From the NCBI GenBank assembly GCA_964187785.1, contig OZ076409.1:37698001-37762000 (forward strand): a stretch of DNA of 64,000 nt, written 5' to 3'. How positions within the stretch are numbered: the first letter of the stretch is position 1; every line of letters begins with the position of its first letter. The notes beneath the pieces were generated by a model, which worked only from the letters and a program-made list of their open reading frames with translations, had not been told where the DNA came from and did no database searches. Positions 25,658 through 37,109 of the stretch are shown piece by piece. This stretch comes from Amphiscolops sp. MND2022 (lineage: Eukaryota). The translations under genes and the position numbers were made by a program.

Positions 25658-27334
25658 TACTGCAACATGACCATAATGTATACCTTAATGCTGAACGAAT
25701 CAGTCTCTACCATACAAAAAAGCAAAGAAAAATGAGAAATCAATCTTGTTAAAATTTCATGAAATGCATTTCATTTTTGGTTTACTAAACGCTAAGATGA
25801 TAAAATATTAAAATTATAGTGGCTCAGCCAGTCTAAAGAAAAAATTCTGATTTTTCACACAAAAGTTTTTTTGTGGCTACTTTTGGGTCTTTTGAGGCCT
25901 TTTTTCCAGGCATTTCATTGAAAAAATTCAAGTACTTCAACAAATACATAGGCTACCAAACCTTTTGCAATGGCAGTAGAACGCTTTAGAAGAATCCTGA
26001 TCTTTCGGTATGAAATTGGAATATGGTAAAATTAGTTCTAAAAACAATTATTTCTAAATAATAATAGTTTTAAAAACAATTATTTCTGGTTATATTTGAA
26101 GCTTATTTTATTATCTACTGCAGTAGTACCTGATCCTCAGTAGTTTTTTTACTTCATGCATCTGCTAGAGCAGAGAGTGTTCCCTTAAGATTCACATTTA
26201 TCCTGTACTATCTTGTCTCGTCTGGTTTTAATAATTAGGTCTTTTGTCTGAAAATTTGATTTTGTGGAGCCAGCAGGTAATACTATGTACCAAAATGTAT
26301 GACTCTCCTGGAATACAAAACACTTCATTGAAAAGTCTTGCTTATACCTCTGAAAGACGTGGTGTCGCCGGTTAGTTCCTCAGAACTACTCCGTTTTCCA
26401 TCCGCTTTCATGTAAATTTAATTATTGTCTCCTATCCTCGAAAATTACACCTTCTTTGCAAGGACATGCAAAATTAATTCCACCATGCATCTTGGCTTTT
26501 TTTATCTTCTACTTTTCTCATGGTGTTGAATTGTATCATTTTGAGATTTAAGTGTAAAAACACTGGAATTCTTGATAAGAATCTCATAATTTCGTGGAAA
26601 TCTTGGTAAGAACCTTGCGAAGAGTTTCAAGAGAAAACCTTACAAAAGTGAAAAAAAATCATCAAAAAGCAACCACCAACTGTGGTTTGATGAGAGTACC
26701 GATTATGACACAGCTGTTCAGTTACGAACAAAGCTATCACATCCTTCATTTCCATTCTTTGTGTCGGCCTTGATTCATAACTTCAAAGAACGAATGTGTA
26801 GTCTGTAGTACGAACAGTAAAAAAGTGCTTGTAAAGAATAATGTTTTTTTTGGAAGTTGTTTATGTTCTTGAGGCTCTTGAGACTCTCACCAAAAATCCC
26901 ACAAAAATTTCAATAGCTTTGTGTAGAGTAATTTAAAAAAAAAACAAAATTGTAAGAAATTTGAAGAATCTGAATTTACTTTGCACTGTGATGATTTTTG
27001 CATGCTATTAGGGAACAACTTGGTTTGTTTTCAGATATATTCTGGACAAGGAATAATGAAAGAACGCTATCTTTGAGAGCTTGACTACCCGCATCTATTG
27101 ATTTTGTACAGTGTTTGGCCGATTGACAGCAGACACACGTTATGACAGACTTTTCAAAGACTGCTTGGACTTTTCTTTGTTCCTCTCACCAAAAACATTC
27201 ACAAAATCTCCGTGCAGGGTCGATTACTCTGGGTTGATCTACCCGTGGGTATACCTGACTATAGCAGTGACCTTTCTCAGGACTGACAGATTTCCATGAG
27301 CCATTTTCTATACGCTGTCTGACTGGCACAGAAG

Positions 27335-27432
27335 CATAGTAACTACCACTTGGTACAGAGGTTACGAGGAATTTTGAGCCGGAGAAGCAGAAGGACATAG
27401 GTTCGAGTCTCGCACTTGACCAAAACTTTTTT
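27335..27432 (+). repeat. tRNA-derived (SINE-head-like) segment; related copy on the minus strand at about 63055-63170
   Basis: A-box-like TGGTACAGAGGTTA, B-box GGTTCGAGTCTC and a T-run. The reverse complement of 63055-63170 shares CCACTTG...GGTTA and GAGTCTCGCACT..ACCAA. Confidence 0.4.
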
Positions 27433-27610
27433 TGCTTGCAAAAGTATCTGGAAGACCAAAGCGAATTTTTGCCCGAACTTTGCTCAACTGGAGTGCCGCC
27501 CTCTGATTTTCATTCGGCAATATGCGACTTATCAAAGCCATTTTTTGAATTTCGAAAGGTTTGAAATTTTTCGCAAAGCTTTTATTTCTTAGGCCTTCCG
27601 TTAAGAAAAG

Positions 27611-28263
27611 CCGAGGTACACCTTGGGCATGAATTGAGCAACCAACACTGATTTTTTTGAGAAGCCTACTTGGCTACAGATGTTAGATTGTCTGAAAAGT
27701 CCGTTTGTCACTCATGCTGCCCTTTTTCTGGAGAGCACAAGTGAGGACGTAAATGTGACCAGGGACTGGGAATAGGAAGAGGAAGGACACTGAGTTTGAA
27801 GTGACTTCTTGCCTTACGATTGTAGTACGATCAGAAAAAGCGTTCTTTTTCAACTATGGTAGTCACTAGTGTACTTGTTGTTCTGTTTTGAGACGCACTG
27901 TGTTCAAAGTCTAGACCTCTAAAAGTGCCTATAAACAAGCTACAGCGCCCACAGGGTACACAGGGAACCAAGCATGCGTGTTCACAACGAAAAACTTGCT
28001 CTTAGGTGACTTTGATAGCAGTCAGGAGGCAAATATCAGTTTTTGGATTTTCACCTTTATGTCTCGTAGACTGTTTTATCAGACACCCGACATCTTAGGG
28101 TCGGTTTAACACTAATCAAAGCCATTCAGCAGGAAGTGCTGAGGGTGCTTGGTATACTAGTGAGGTCGTTTGTGGACTCACCGGCACGTACGATGACAAA
28201 AGGTTTTGCGATTTGTCTTGAAAAATTACAAAATCAACAATTTTTTCGTCAACATGCACCTCC
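27611..28263 (-). mobile_element. Diverged inverted fragment of the non-autonomous element internal region (equivalent to about 3596-4260)
   Basis: Shared blocks in reverse complement, e.g. GAAAAAGCGTTCTTTTTCAACTATGGTAGTCA, GTGTACTTGTTGTTCTGTTTTGAGACGCACTG and AAAATCAACAATTTTTTCGTCAACATGCACCTCC. Confidence 0.88.
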
Positions 28264-28410
28264 TCTCCATCTCCATCCCCAGAAAATAAAGCTGAAAATC
28301 GAGAAAACCATGAGGTTCAAAAAGAAAAACCCCCTACCAATACGCGTGGTGAAAAATACAATCAACGACCCAACCCAAACCCTAACTTCTCAGATTCATA
28401 CAGATACTAA
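28264..28410 (+). pseudogene. pol: 3' tail of a Gypsy pol (rest deleted)
   Basis: Reads ...PPTNTRGEKYNQRPNPNPNFSDSYRY*, the same terminal motif as the pol ending at 14521-14595. Confidence 0.7.
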
Positions 28411-28548
28411 AAACAGAAGACTACGTAGACTCAACTTCCTAACTCTTGCTTCAATCCAAAAATCAAAAACAGTAATAATACAAAAAATCAAAAACTCAAA
28501 GAAGAAAGCATCAACTAGCAGTTAAATGAAGTCTAAAAGAATGATAAT

Positions 28549-31500
28549 CTAAGCAGATGGCGCTGCAGGAGAGGAGGTCTTCTTCTTACTCTTCTTAGTT
28601 TTGCCACTTGCAAAAGGAGCAGCGGGATAAGGGAACAGTGGGACCTCAACGAGCTGTCGAACAGCAGGACTATCTTCAACTGCTGAAGAACACTTCCTAG
28701 GAGATGCCTTACTAGGAGTACTGGAAGCACTCGAGCTCCTACTAGGGGATGGATTCGCCTTATCTGAAGTCGGCATCCAGACTTTTTCACCAACTGTGAC
28801 GCTGTTTCCATGATAAGATTCCAAAGAAGAGCGAATTTCTATCTTATGGAAGTAGGTAGATGACAGAAGGTGCCAAACGGAGAATTTTTGCTTTGCGAGC
28901 AACCCAGGTTCTGTTGGATGAAGTAACCGCATAACAGTTGGATGGAGTCACTGTAGTGAGCCCCAATATCATCTCTAATAACTGCTTCGTCAAACAAAGA
29001 TAAACCCCGAGCAAGGGAAGAAGAACCCAGTTCACTGGTAAACAGAGATTTCATGAAACAGCGATAGAACGAAATTGCTTGGCCCACGAATCGTCGTGGT
29101 GTAGAGATTTTGCTCCGGTCAACTAAGTCAGAGAAGTCCCGATCCTGGAGGAACTCTTCAACAGATTTGTAGGGCAAATTATCGACGGTAAGGTCTAGGG
29201 TCAAGTAACTGTCCCAGTCGTCAACGTTGCCCAGAAAACAAGCTGGAAAGATCACTTGCAGTTGAGCATAAATAAACACACAAAACTGATTGTAAAGGCG
29301 AAATCCTCCGGAGACAGTGGCACGTACTTGAAGATAGAATTGTCTGAAACAAAATCGAAATGAATCCAAACGACTGATAACTCAGGAAACCCTAATAAAA
29401 CACCAATAACAAGACACAAGAGTTGCATAGGGGAAAGTATTAGCCAGCAAACAATTAGAAAAGAAAACTAACTGGCTAAGGATGTTGCGGGTAATAAACA
29501 AGCGCCCAACAAACACACGATCTTTGATGATAAGGTCATCCATCCCAACTGGCTAAAACAGAATCGAAAAATATACAAACTGATCAGGAAACATAAGAAG
29601 AGAGAATCGAAAATATAAACCTCTTGCATATGGAGTCTAAAAGAGGGGATCCGCTTGCAATCACGCAAATGACATATGACTTTATCCCAATTGGCAATCA
29701 AGTGATCCAGAATTTCGACTGCTTGCACCAAGTAGTAATCGAAATTAGTAACGCTCTAAAACAGAATGGCAACGAACAATTTACGTTGTGGAACCAAGAA
29801 AGTGAATCATCACGTGCTCAAAAATGACAAATACATGATTAAAAGGGTCAGTGACAAAGTTAGCAGGTGCACAAGTCAACAAAAATCTAATCGTGATACG
29901 TCACAACATATCTATTAGTTCGATGTATTATGCAACAATGAGTCACAGCTGAAATCGGAAGAATTTAAATGGAACGTGAAGACTAAAAAGGCTGCATTAT
30001 GCTGCAAACGTTGTGTTGCATAATGAGTATCTTTGTCTTTAAAAGGAAAGGAAACGAAATCACAATTCACAATAATGCAATCACACGCAAAAGAAAAGGA
30101 AACAATTCGGATGTAAAGACTGAATATGAAAATGCGAATATGAAACTTGATCTTTGTAAATCTTGGCGCTGATAAGAAGGCCCGAACAAGTTAACAAAAA
30201 TTCAGAAAACCTGAATCGGGCCAAATTGGCGTGGATTAATACTTATAAAAGTGAGCGAAACAACGAGTGAAGAGAAAAGACAAAACGGAATTGCATATTG
30301 ACCTTTTGGAATTCTGGCAGGGCTGTTAACCAGAACAAGTTAACAAAAATTCAGAAAACCTGAATCGGGCCAAATTGGCGTGGAATAATACTTATAAAAG
30401 TGAGCGAAACAACGAGTGAAGAGAAAAGACAAAACGGAATTGCATATTGACCTTTTGGAATTCTGGCAGGGCTGTTAACCATAAACTACCACAAGCTGAT
30501 CGTAGCCGTACCATTAGGAAGTCCAGAACACTGCGGAAATCAAATCTATCGAGGATTTGGACTGTTGGCATCAGTAGAACCTGCTCAAGATCCTCTTCAT
30601 CGAATTTATGGACTTGACAGACCCTCTTGTGCTGCGGTAACACTCGTGACACGACCCAAATGAAACGCTGGGTAAAGCCCGACACAAACAGGAGCTGGGC
30701 GTCTTTATCCAGCAAGGCAAGGAGATTGCTAATAGGTGGAAAGAGATCGGATGGGGTACACATACGTCCAGGGAAAACAGCAAGACACATGCTGTGGAGA
30801 GAATTTACAGACCAGAAATTTATGATGAGCGTCGTCTCAGTGGGGAGTGAAGTGAAGCGGAGAGAGTTACTGTTACTAGCCTCGACAGAAGTTATGTAGT
30901 GGGACAACAACTCCCGGAACATGTGAGTTAAGAGCCCCTACAACAAAAACGATAAAAAACAAATTAAAAAGGAAAAAGTCCAATGGCAAAGAAGAGATGA
31001 CTTACCAGAATGCGATGAGGTCTCCAGTCGTACTTGGTAATTGCCTCAGTCGACTTCGTTTCCTGAATGAGATGATGCCACAATGCGATAACGGTGTACA
31101 AATGACCTCCATTGATCAGCCCAAACTTGATCAAATTGAGCTGAGACAGCACCTCTTTGTTGGGCAAATTCGTTGACGTTCCTGCGGGTTCTTCTAGTTG
31201 CCCGATTCGGAGGAAGATTCCCCAAATTTTGGCGCTATAGGATACTCTCGTTTGGCCTGTTCCTTTGCGTATTTTAACGCCATTCCAGTCAGTTCGTTGC
31301 CGCAGTGCTTATCAAACAGAGGTAACCCCGGTGTCTGCCCTCTTTAACTAAATGAGCACCCGTGCGGTAATGATGGAGAATTTCCAGCGGGCCCTTAGTT
31401 TTCAGAGAGAGTTCTACAAGACAAACTCTGCAGCGATACTTGTGCGGGTACCGGACGGCATCTGAAGGAGCAGTGGCAAAAAATTTGAGGACCAGATATT

Positions 31501-31862
31501 TGTGGTACATCCAGCCCGACAAAGTGTGACGTGGTTTAGCTGGGGAAGAATCTGAAACAAATTTAAAATATGTGCTAAATTAGCAAAAAGGAAATTAGGA
31601 TTTCTGCTCAAAAAGTCAGAAACCGGAAATTGACAAATCTGAAGATAGCCGACATGAATGTGAGTCTGGCCAACTTGCATTAAAATTCGAGACGTCTCAA
31701 AAAACAAAACACCGTCTGACGAAGTCAGAAAAAGAATAAAAATTCGAGCTTACCATTAGAGGAATCGACCTCTTTGACTCGTGATTCTACAAGCGGCGTA
31801 GCTGGATACCGGGTAGGGGCACTTCGTTTACGACGACTTGCTGATTGTCCAGGTTTTCCCAT
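28549..31862 (-). pseudogene. Six-exon antisense zinc-finger gene (frameshifted) lying tail-to-tail with the pol end
   Basis: Exons 31862-31754, 31551-31006, 30937-30452, 29755-29621, 29552-29473 and 29343-28549. All five introns are GT..AG with pyrimidine tracts and every junction joins in frame. Zinc-finger motif KYRCRVCLVELSLKTKGPLEILHHYRTGAH. Frameshifts occur within exons 2 and 6. Confidence 0.8.
30184..30481. repeat. 149-bp tandem duplication
   Basis: GAACAAGTTAACAAAAATTCAG...GGGCTGTTAACCA at 30184-30332 and 30333-30481. Confidence 0.95.
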
Positions 31863-32999
31863 AATTGAAGTCGAGAAGAAGGAGTGGATTTATTAGTGGA
31901 AAATCGTGTGGCAGTATTGGTGTATTCTGATTAATGTACGAAAAAAAACAAGAAAAGAAAGAACAGTTGAGGTAAGAAAATCTACAAAATCCGTAAAAAT
32001 CGAGAAAATGACGAGCAAGATTAGATGAAATTATGACAAAACTTGGAAAATTACTGGACAGAATTGACTTGACTTTAAAACAAACAACGTTGTTGCGTGG
32101 CTTCCGGCTGAACAATTTCTAAGCATGGCAAATTAGCATATTTGCGCAAATACTGTGCGCTGATTGGTTGAGCTTATTACGGACCAATCTAATCTGCCAG
32201 AGCGATTGGTGTCCTGAAAAGCATAGCTGAAACGAATTACGCGTACATGATGCTCCGCCCCTAGTGGCAGTTTAATGTCACGTGCCGAAACAGACAGCAA
32301 AATGCAGTATAGTACCAATTGAATGACCTAAAACAGAAAAACCATACGACTACATGTTTCATTCTCATTATTAACTGACCATCACGCATCAAACATCTGA
32401 CATATTTGTGCTGAAATAGACATCATGAAGCAGTATGTACATGAGTTAGGGAAGTGAACCAAATTAATTACGGAACTTATCATGTGTTTTAATAGAGTGT
32501 CATGTAGCTTGTTTATATTTTATACTTTTAATGACTAAATTAGTTAGTTTGCATGTTTTGTTTTCCATAATAGGAAATGAAAAATCCCAAAAACAAGATT
32601 AGTATCTGACAGAATTTGTTATTCAAATTCCCATTCATCAATTTGTTTACAATTAATTTTCATCGTTGAAACCCTGTGAAGTGTGAAAACCGAAGAGATT
32701 ATCACCATAAATGGAAATCATAAGATGAATTACAAATTTGTTATGGAGCTATTTAAACGAAGAAGTAAGAATATAACACTACGCCTCTTACGGAATTGCC
32801 GGGAAAACCACAAACTAGAAGAAAGGTGACATCGAGAATTGTTTACAACACCCCAAAACCCGGGAAAAGACTCACCAACTGAAACAGAGCGAAAAGTTTT
32901 TATTTTACGAATTTTCACGAAAAGAATCAGTTGCTAACGTTAAGCTCAAATGGACAATAGATATCCAAAAACTCTCATCTCTTCACAATTGACGAAGAT

Positions 33000-34097
33000 A
33001 TGCGTTCTGTTTCTACAAACTCTCCCGGGTTGATAAATATTTCAAGCGATTCTGGGGAGGAGTTTCTCACGGAGCAACCCAACTTAGAACCCAAAGACCT
33101 GAGATTCAGAATCGGGGGACCACTTAATGATCCCATGACCCCATTCGCAAATGAAGATGCTGCAAGATTGTTCGCAGTAAGTGAACCAGAATCGAGAGAA
33201 GATTTTGTGATTGATATCACAGGTACCGATTTCGAAAGAGAAATGCTGAGCATGATCTCAGAGGATACTGAATTACCTAACATTTCACCGATTTCATTCT
33301 TCGAATCTAGCGGGAGCAATAGTGAAGAATTGCTCTTGAATGCCAACTTCGCAAATGTCCCAAGAAACAACTATGGTAGACCTATGTTGGCTGTTCCACC
33401 TGTAAGAGCCGACAGACCGGCAAGACAAATACCTATACGGTCTGATACTGACAGCAATATCCCTCCAGCTGTCGTCCAAGGAAATGGGCCGATCAGACCC
33501 ATACCTATCACGCCCGTGGTAATTCCACATGAGATTCCCCAACCGAACTATACTCAGCCATATAACGGGGGAGGAATACTGCAAACACCTATGGTAAACC
33601 AGTTCGGTGTACTGGCCACTCAATTCCAGTTACCAAGTTTGGCTGCTCAAAACATGATACAACCCCCACACAACCCAAGTACAGAGATATTGCAACATGA
33701 TGGGCCTGTTAATGTTGCATATTATTATAATGCCAATGGTCAGTTGTACCTGGACACCCAAGGCACTCATAGCAATATGGAGACGGCTGATGTGGGTCCT
33801 GCTCGGAGTGACAACAATGCACAACAACAGAGGAACCCCTTACGAAGGCAACTTAACCCTCCTGTTATGCCTCATGTTCAGGAGAATTGTCACTGGTGCG
33901 GCAGGACCTACGACGAAGTTGCCCTTGATGCTCTGGCGGCCTATACAGCAAAAACTGAAAACCCAGGCGAGACAGTGAGAGATAGAAACATCAGATCACG
34001 GGCCTATCTAGATGGGTTCAAGGCTGCACTCATTTGCTTCAAGAATACTGGCCTGTCGCAGCCTAGCGCTCGCGTTGGATCCGCGGTGCAGCATTGA
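33000..34097 (+). CDS. Intact 365-aa orphan ORF (acidic N-terminus, Pro/Gln/Asn-rich middle, C-terminal CHWC plus helical region); probably element-borne
   Basis: Long uninterrupted ORF in AT-rich DNA with protein-like composition; AATAAA at about 34331. No family recognised. Confidence 0.6.
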   Translation: MRSVSTNSPGLINISSDSGEEFLTEQPNLEPKDLRFRIGGPLNDPMTPFANEDAARLFAVSEPESREDFVIDITGTDFEREMLSMISEDTELPNISPISFFESSGSNSEELLLNANFANVPRNNYGRPMLAVPPVRADRPARQIPIRSDTDSNIPPAVVQGNGPIRPIPITPVVIPHEIPQPNYTQPYNGGGILQTPMVNQFGVLATQFQLPSLAAQNMIQPPHNPSTEILQHDGPVNVAYYYNANGQLYLDTQGTHSNMETADVGPARSDNNAQQQRNPLRRQLNPPVMPHVQENCHWCGRTYDEVALDALAAYTAKTENPGETVRDRNIRSRAYLDGFKAALICFKNTGLSQPSARVGSAVQH

Positions 34098-34695
34098 AGG
34101 CAAATGACACACCCATCTGCAGCGAATTCAGAGAAAACTCATCGCTTCATGAAACTTATATTGTATGGATTTATACATAACTTTTGATTATCAGCTATGT
34201 CTGAATTTGTTTGCTTTTGTTGCTAGCCATATTTGTAAAACAATATTCATTCATAAATGATTTACCAGATGTTACATGGTGTTAACTTATTTGACGCATA
34301 ATACTGTTTATCGCGAATTCTTGTGAAAAGAATAAATTATACGTGGCTTCTATGTAATATTAACGCATACTGACTTAAGTATTTGAATTGAATTGCTGTA
34401 CTAAGTTTGCAGCATATTGCAGTACAATTTCACATTTTCAATATTCCTAATCATGGCATTTGAGAGTATGATTCATCTTAACAATCTGATCACGCATGCA
34501 GTAATATGTTGGAATTAATACTTGCACTACATATGAGTCACACTACGTGTTGCCACATTTTTCTCATTAACGATGAACGGATTGGTACAGTTAGTGTGAT
34601 GACCAATCAAAACGCAGGAAATTATTCGTCATGCAAGAATCTTACTATAGAAGTGATGTGACTTACAAACCTATTTTAAACCAAATCAGGTGCTA

Positions 34696-35327
34696 TTTTT
34701 AGTCGGCGCATTTTCCTTTAAGGAAAAAAGCCCGACTATTACAGTGGCTAGTTTTTTTTTTTTCGTCAGACCACAGAGCTCATCGCGTATGTACCACTTT
34801 TTACAGAAACTGATAAGTTCACTCAGGCCAGTTCGACCAATGCAAACTTACTGCAAAGGGTCCCCCCTTTCGTTTTTTACCTTTTTTACGTAACCTACAA
34901 AACCGGAAGACTCCAAAGGGTCCCCCTTTTCAATTTTTTTTTCGGCACTGTGCGAATTTTTTTTCGAAAATTTTTAATTTTTCAAAAGAGTCCCACCTTC
35001 GGATTTTCTGATATTTTGCAACAAAATGTAGGTTAATGAATCCCAAAGGGTCCCCCCTTTTCATTTTTTGGCACTATGCGACGTTTTCGAAGTTTTTTCA
35101 AAAAAAAATTTCAAAAAAAAAATTTCAAAAAATTTTTCAAAATTTTTTTTGTTTCCAGTCGAGTCGGGAAAAGTGATTTTCCAGTCATATCGAGCATAAA
35201 AGGCACACTTTGGATGTCTCGAAAGTGTTTTCAAAGCTTTTCAAGAATACATCCTGGGCATATTTAGAAAACTCTGAGCTTTTTGAGCCTTAGATATAGC
35301 GCCGACTTTAGACGTTCCCGTCTTGTT
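34696..35327 (+). mobile_element. Non-autonomous Helentron/HINE-like element
   Basis: 5' TTTTT followed by AGTCGGCGC, a nearby CCGACT partial repeat, 3' GCGCCGACT, hairpin AGACG-TTCC-CGTCT, then TGTT. No TSD. Internal AAAGGGTCCCCCC repeats. Close inverted copy at 44578-45207. Confidence 0.75.
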
Positions 35328-35339
35328 AGTGATTACATA

Positions 35340-36185
35340 ATCGTGATGTAACCGTGACATTTCAAAAATTGGTTGTCATGCTGCTAAATTTAGCCCAAAC
35401 CAAAAGGAGAGTAAGAAACCCAATAATATTCATTCAACAGAAAACTTTCGGACTGATTAGACCTCTCTTTTCATCCCCACAACCTTTGTTTCAACTTTGA
35501 TAACTTAACATTATGTGCATTTTCTTCAACTTTATTTCAATCTAATTTTACGTTGCTCATCATTCTAATTAAAATTGAAAACAGCACCTGACTGAAACTG
35601 ACAACAAATTAACCTGACTAAAATGGGTAACACAAGAAATAGAAGATCTAGACGAGGACAATCACCCTCGCTTGAGAGAGAGTTGAGCACATCCGAAATA
35701 GAAACATCACAAGGTAATGAAACCTTTATTGAAACTTTAGGTAACTTTGAAACCGTTAGTTCAATTAGGAACGAAGAAATAGCTCTAGACAGCGGAACAC
35801 AAATTAAAATGAAATGCAAATTTGGACCCAAAGATTATCAGATAAAACGAACAAAGAAGTGGCAAACCTAAGGAAAGAAATGGATGAGAAACTAGAGAAA
35901 ATACTGAGAGATGAAAAATAACAGAAGAACACAATCAGTACCAAACAGACGATATCGAGAACAAAACACCCCCAGAGCAGAAACCTCAAAATACGCAAGT
36001 AATGAGGACGGTGAAGAAAAACGCATCTGAACCAGAGAATCAAGAATGTGAAATACAGGATAATCCTTTCAGGCCATCTAATTTAAACAAACTTAGAACG
36101 CTAATACAACCTTTGAGCATGCAAAACATTGATCTAAATGACTCTGTGGTCATAAATGAGGACCGCACAGGAGAGGATTATCACA
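35340..36185 (+). mobile_element. Probable 3' part of an LTR containing a decayed gag-like N-terminal frame
   Basis: Frameshifted coding stretch MGNTRNRRSRR...LERELS...DNPFRPS...EDRTGEDYH ending abruptly at TATCACA (LTR-like CA end). The 5' boundary was not found. Confidence 0.45.
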
Positions 36186-37109
36186 TCGAGGATTGAAATA
36201 TATACTTTTCAAGGATTTTGTTGTACTTGCTAGACGGAGATCAATTATAAAATGCCAACTGTGTTTTTCTGGCGTAATTTACTTTGGATCCGAAAGTTTT
36301 AGATGGATAGCACTGGAAGCTAGCGTTGGAACTTTGATTACCTTCAATCTAAGTATTTTTTATCAAAACTTATCGAATTATTGAGAATACTGACAAATCT
36401 CAAGCGAGCTGCCTCTGCTTGAACTTTTTTACATGTTGTCATTTTCATGTCTAATCAAGAACTTCTAGCAACAATTTCTAGGCCTTGATAACTCTCTGCT
36501 TCATTATGCTTTTCTCAGACTGCCTGAAAGATTGATGTTTAAATTGGATTCAATATTTTTTGGATTCAATAGGGATTAGTTTTATCATGTTTAGTGAACG
36601 AAAGAAATGAAGATTTAAATAATCTAAACTAAATTTTAACTGTCTTTGAAAAATTTTTATAGTGCTGAAAAAAGTGCCAAAATGATAGCGAAGAATTTTT
36701 ATAGTCTTATTGGCCCTCTTTAGATCTTATGCTTCTTGGGCAACTCTTTGGTTTTTCAACCGAATTTTGAGCATATTTAATGAGCTAATTCAGCTTTTTT
36801 GAAATTTTCTATACATACATTCCGAACATGCATGGACCATGGATGCCTTTCCATGTGAGAAAACAACATGACCACCATGCACATCAAAGCTGCGTGGAGG
36901 TAACATGGACTATGCATAGAAGCACATAGTTGTCAACATGTTCTCCAAAGCATAACCGTCAAAGTGGATATTCTCTCTTACGACGCAACTTACGTATTGG
37001 CCAACAACTATGTACGTATGAACTCCTTCATGTAGAACAACTATGTATGAAAAACTATGACCAACAACTATGTATTGAACTCCATCACGAAAATTGCAAA
37101 ATAACGTCC

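Noticed and set aside
36990..37090. Repeated CAACAACTATGT words as a possible CRISPR-like array
   Set aside because: Only three short degenerate repeats with related intervening sequence, no cas genes, and a eukaryotic context; this is a minisatellite.
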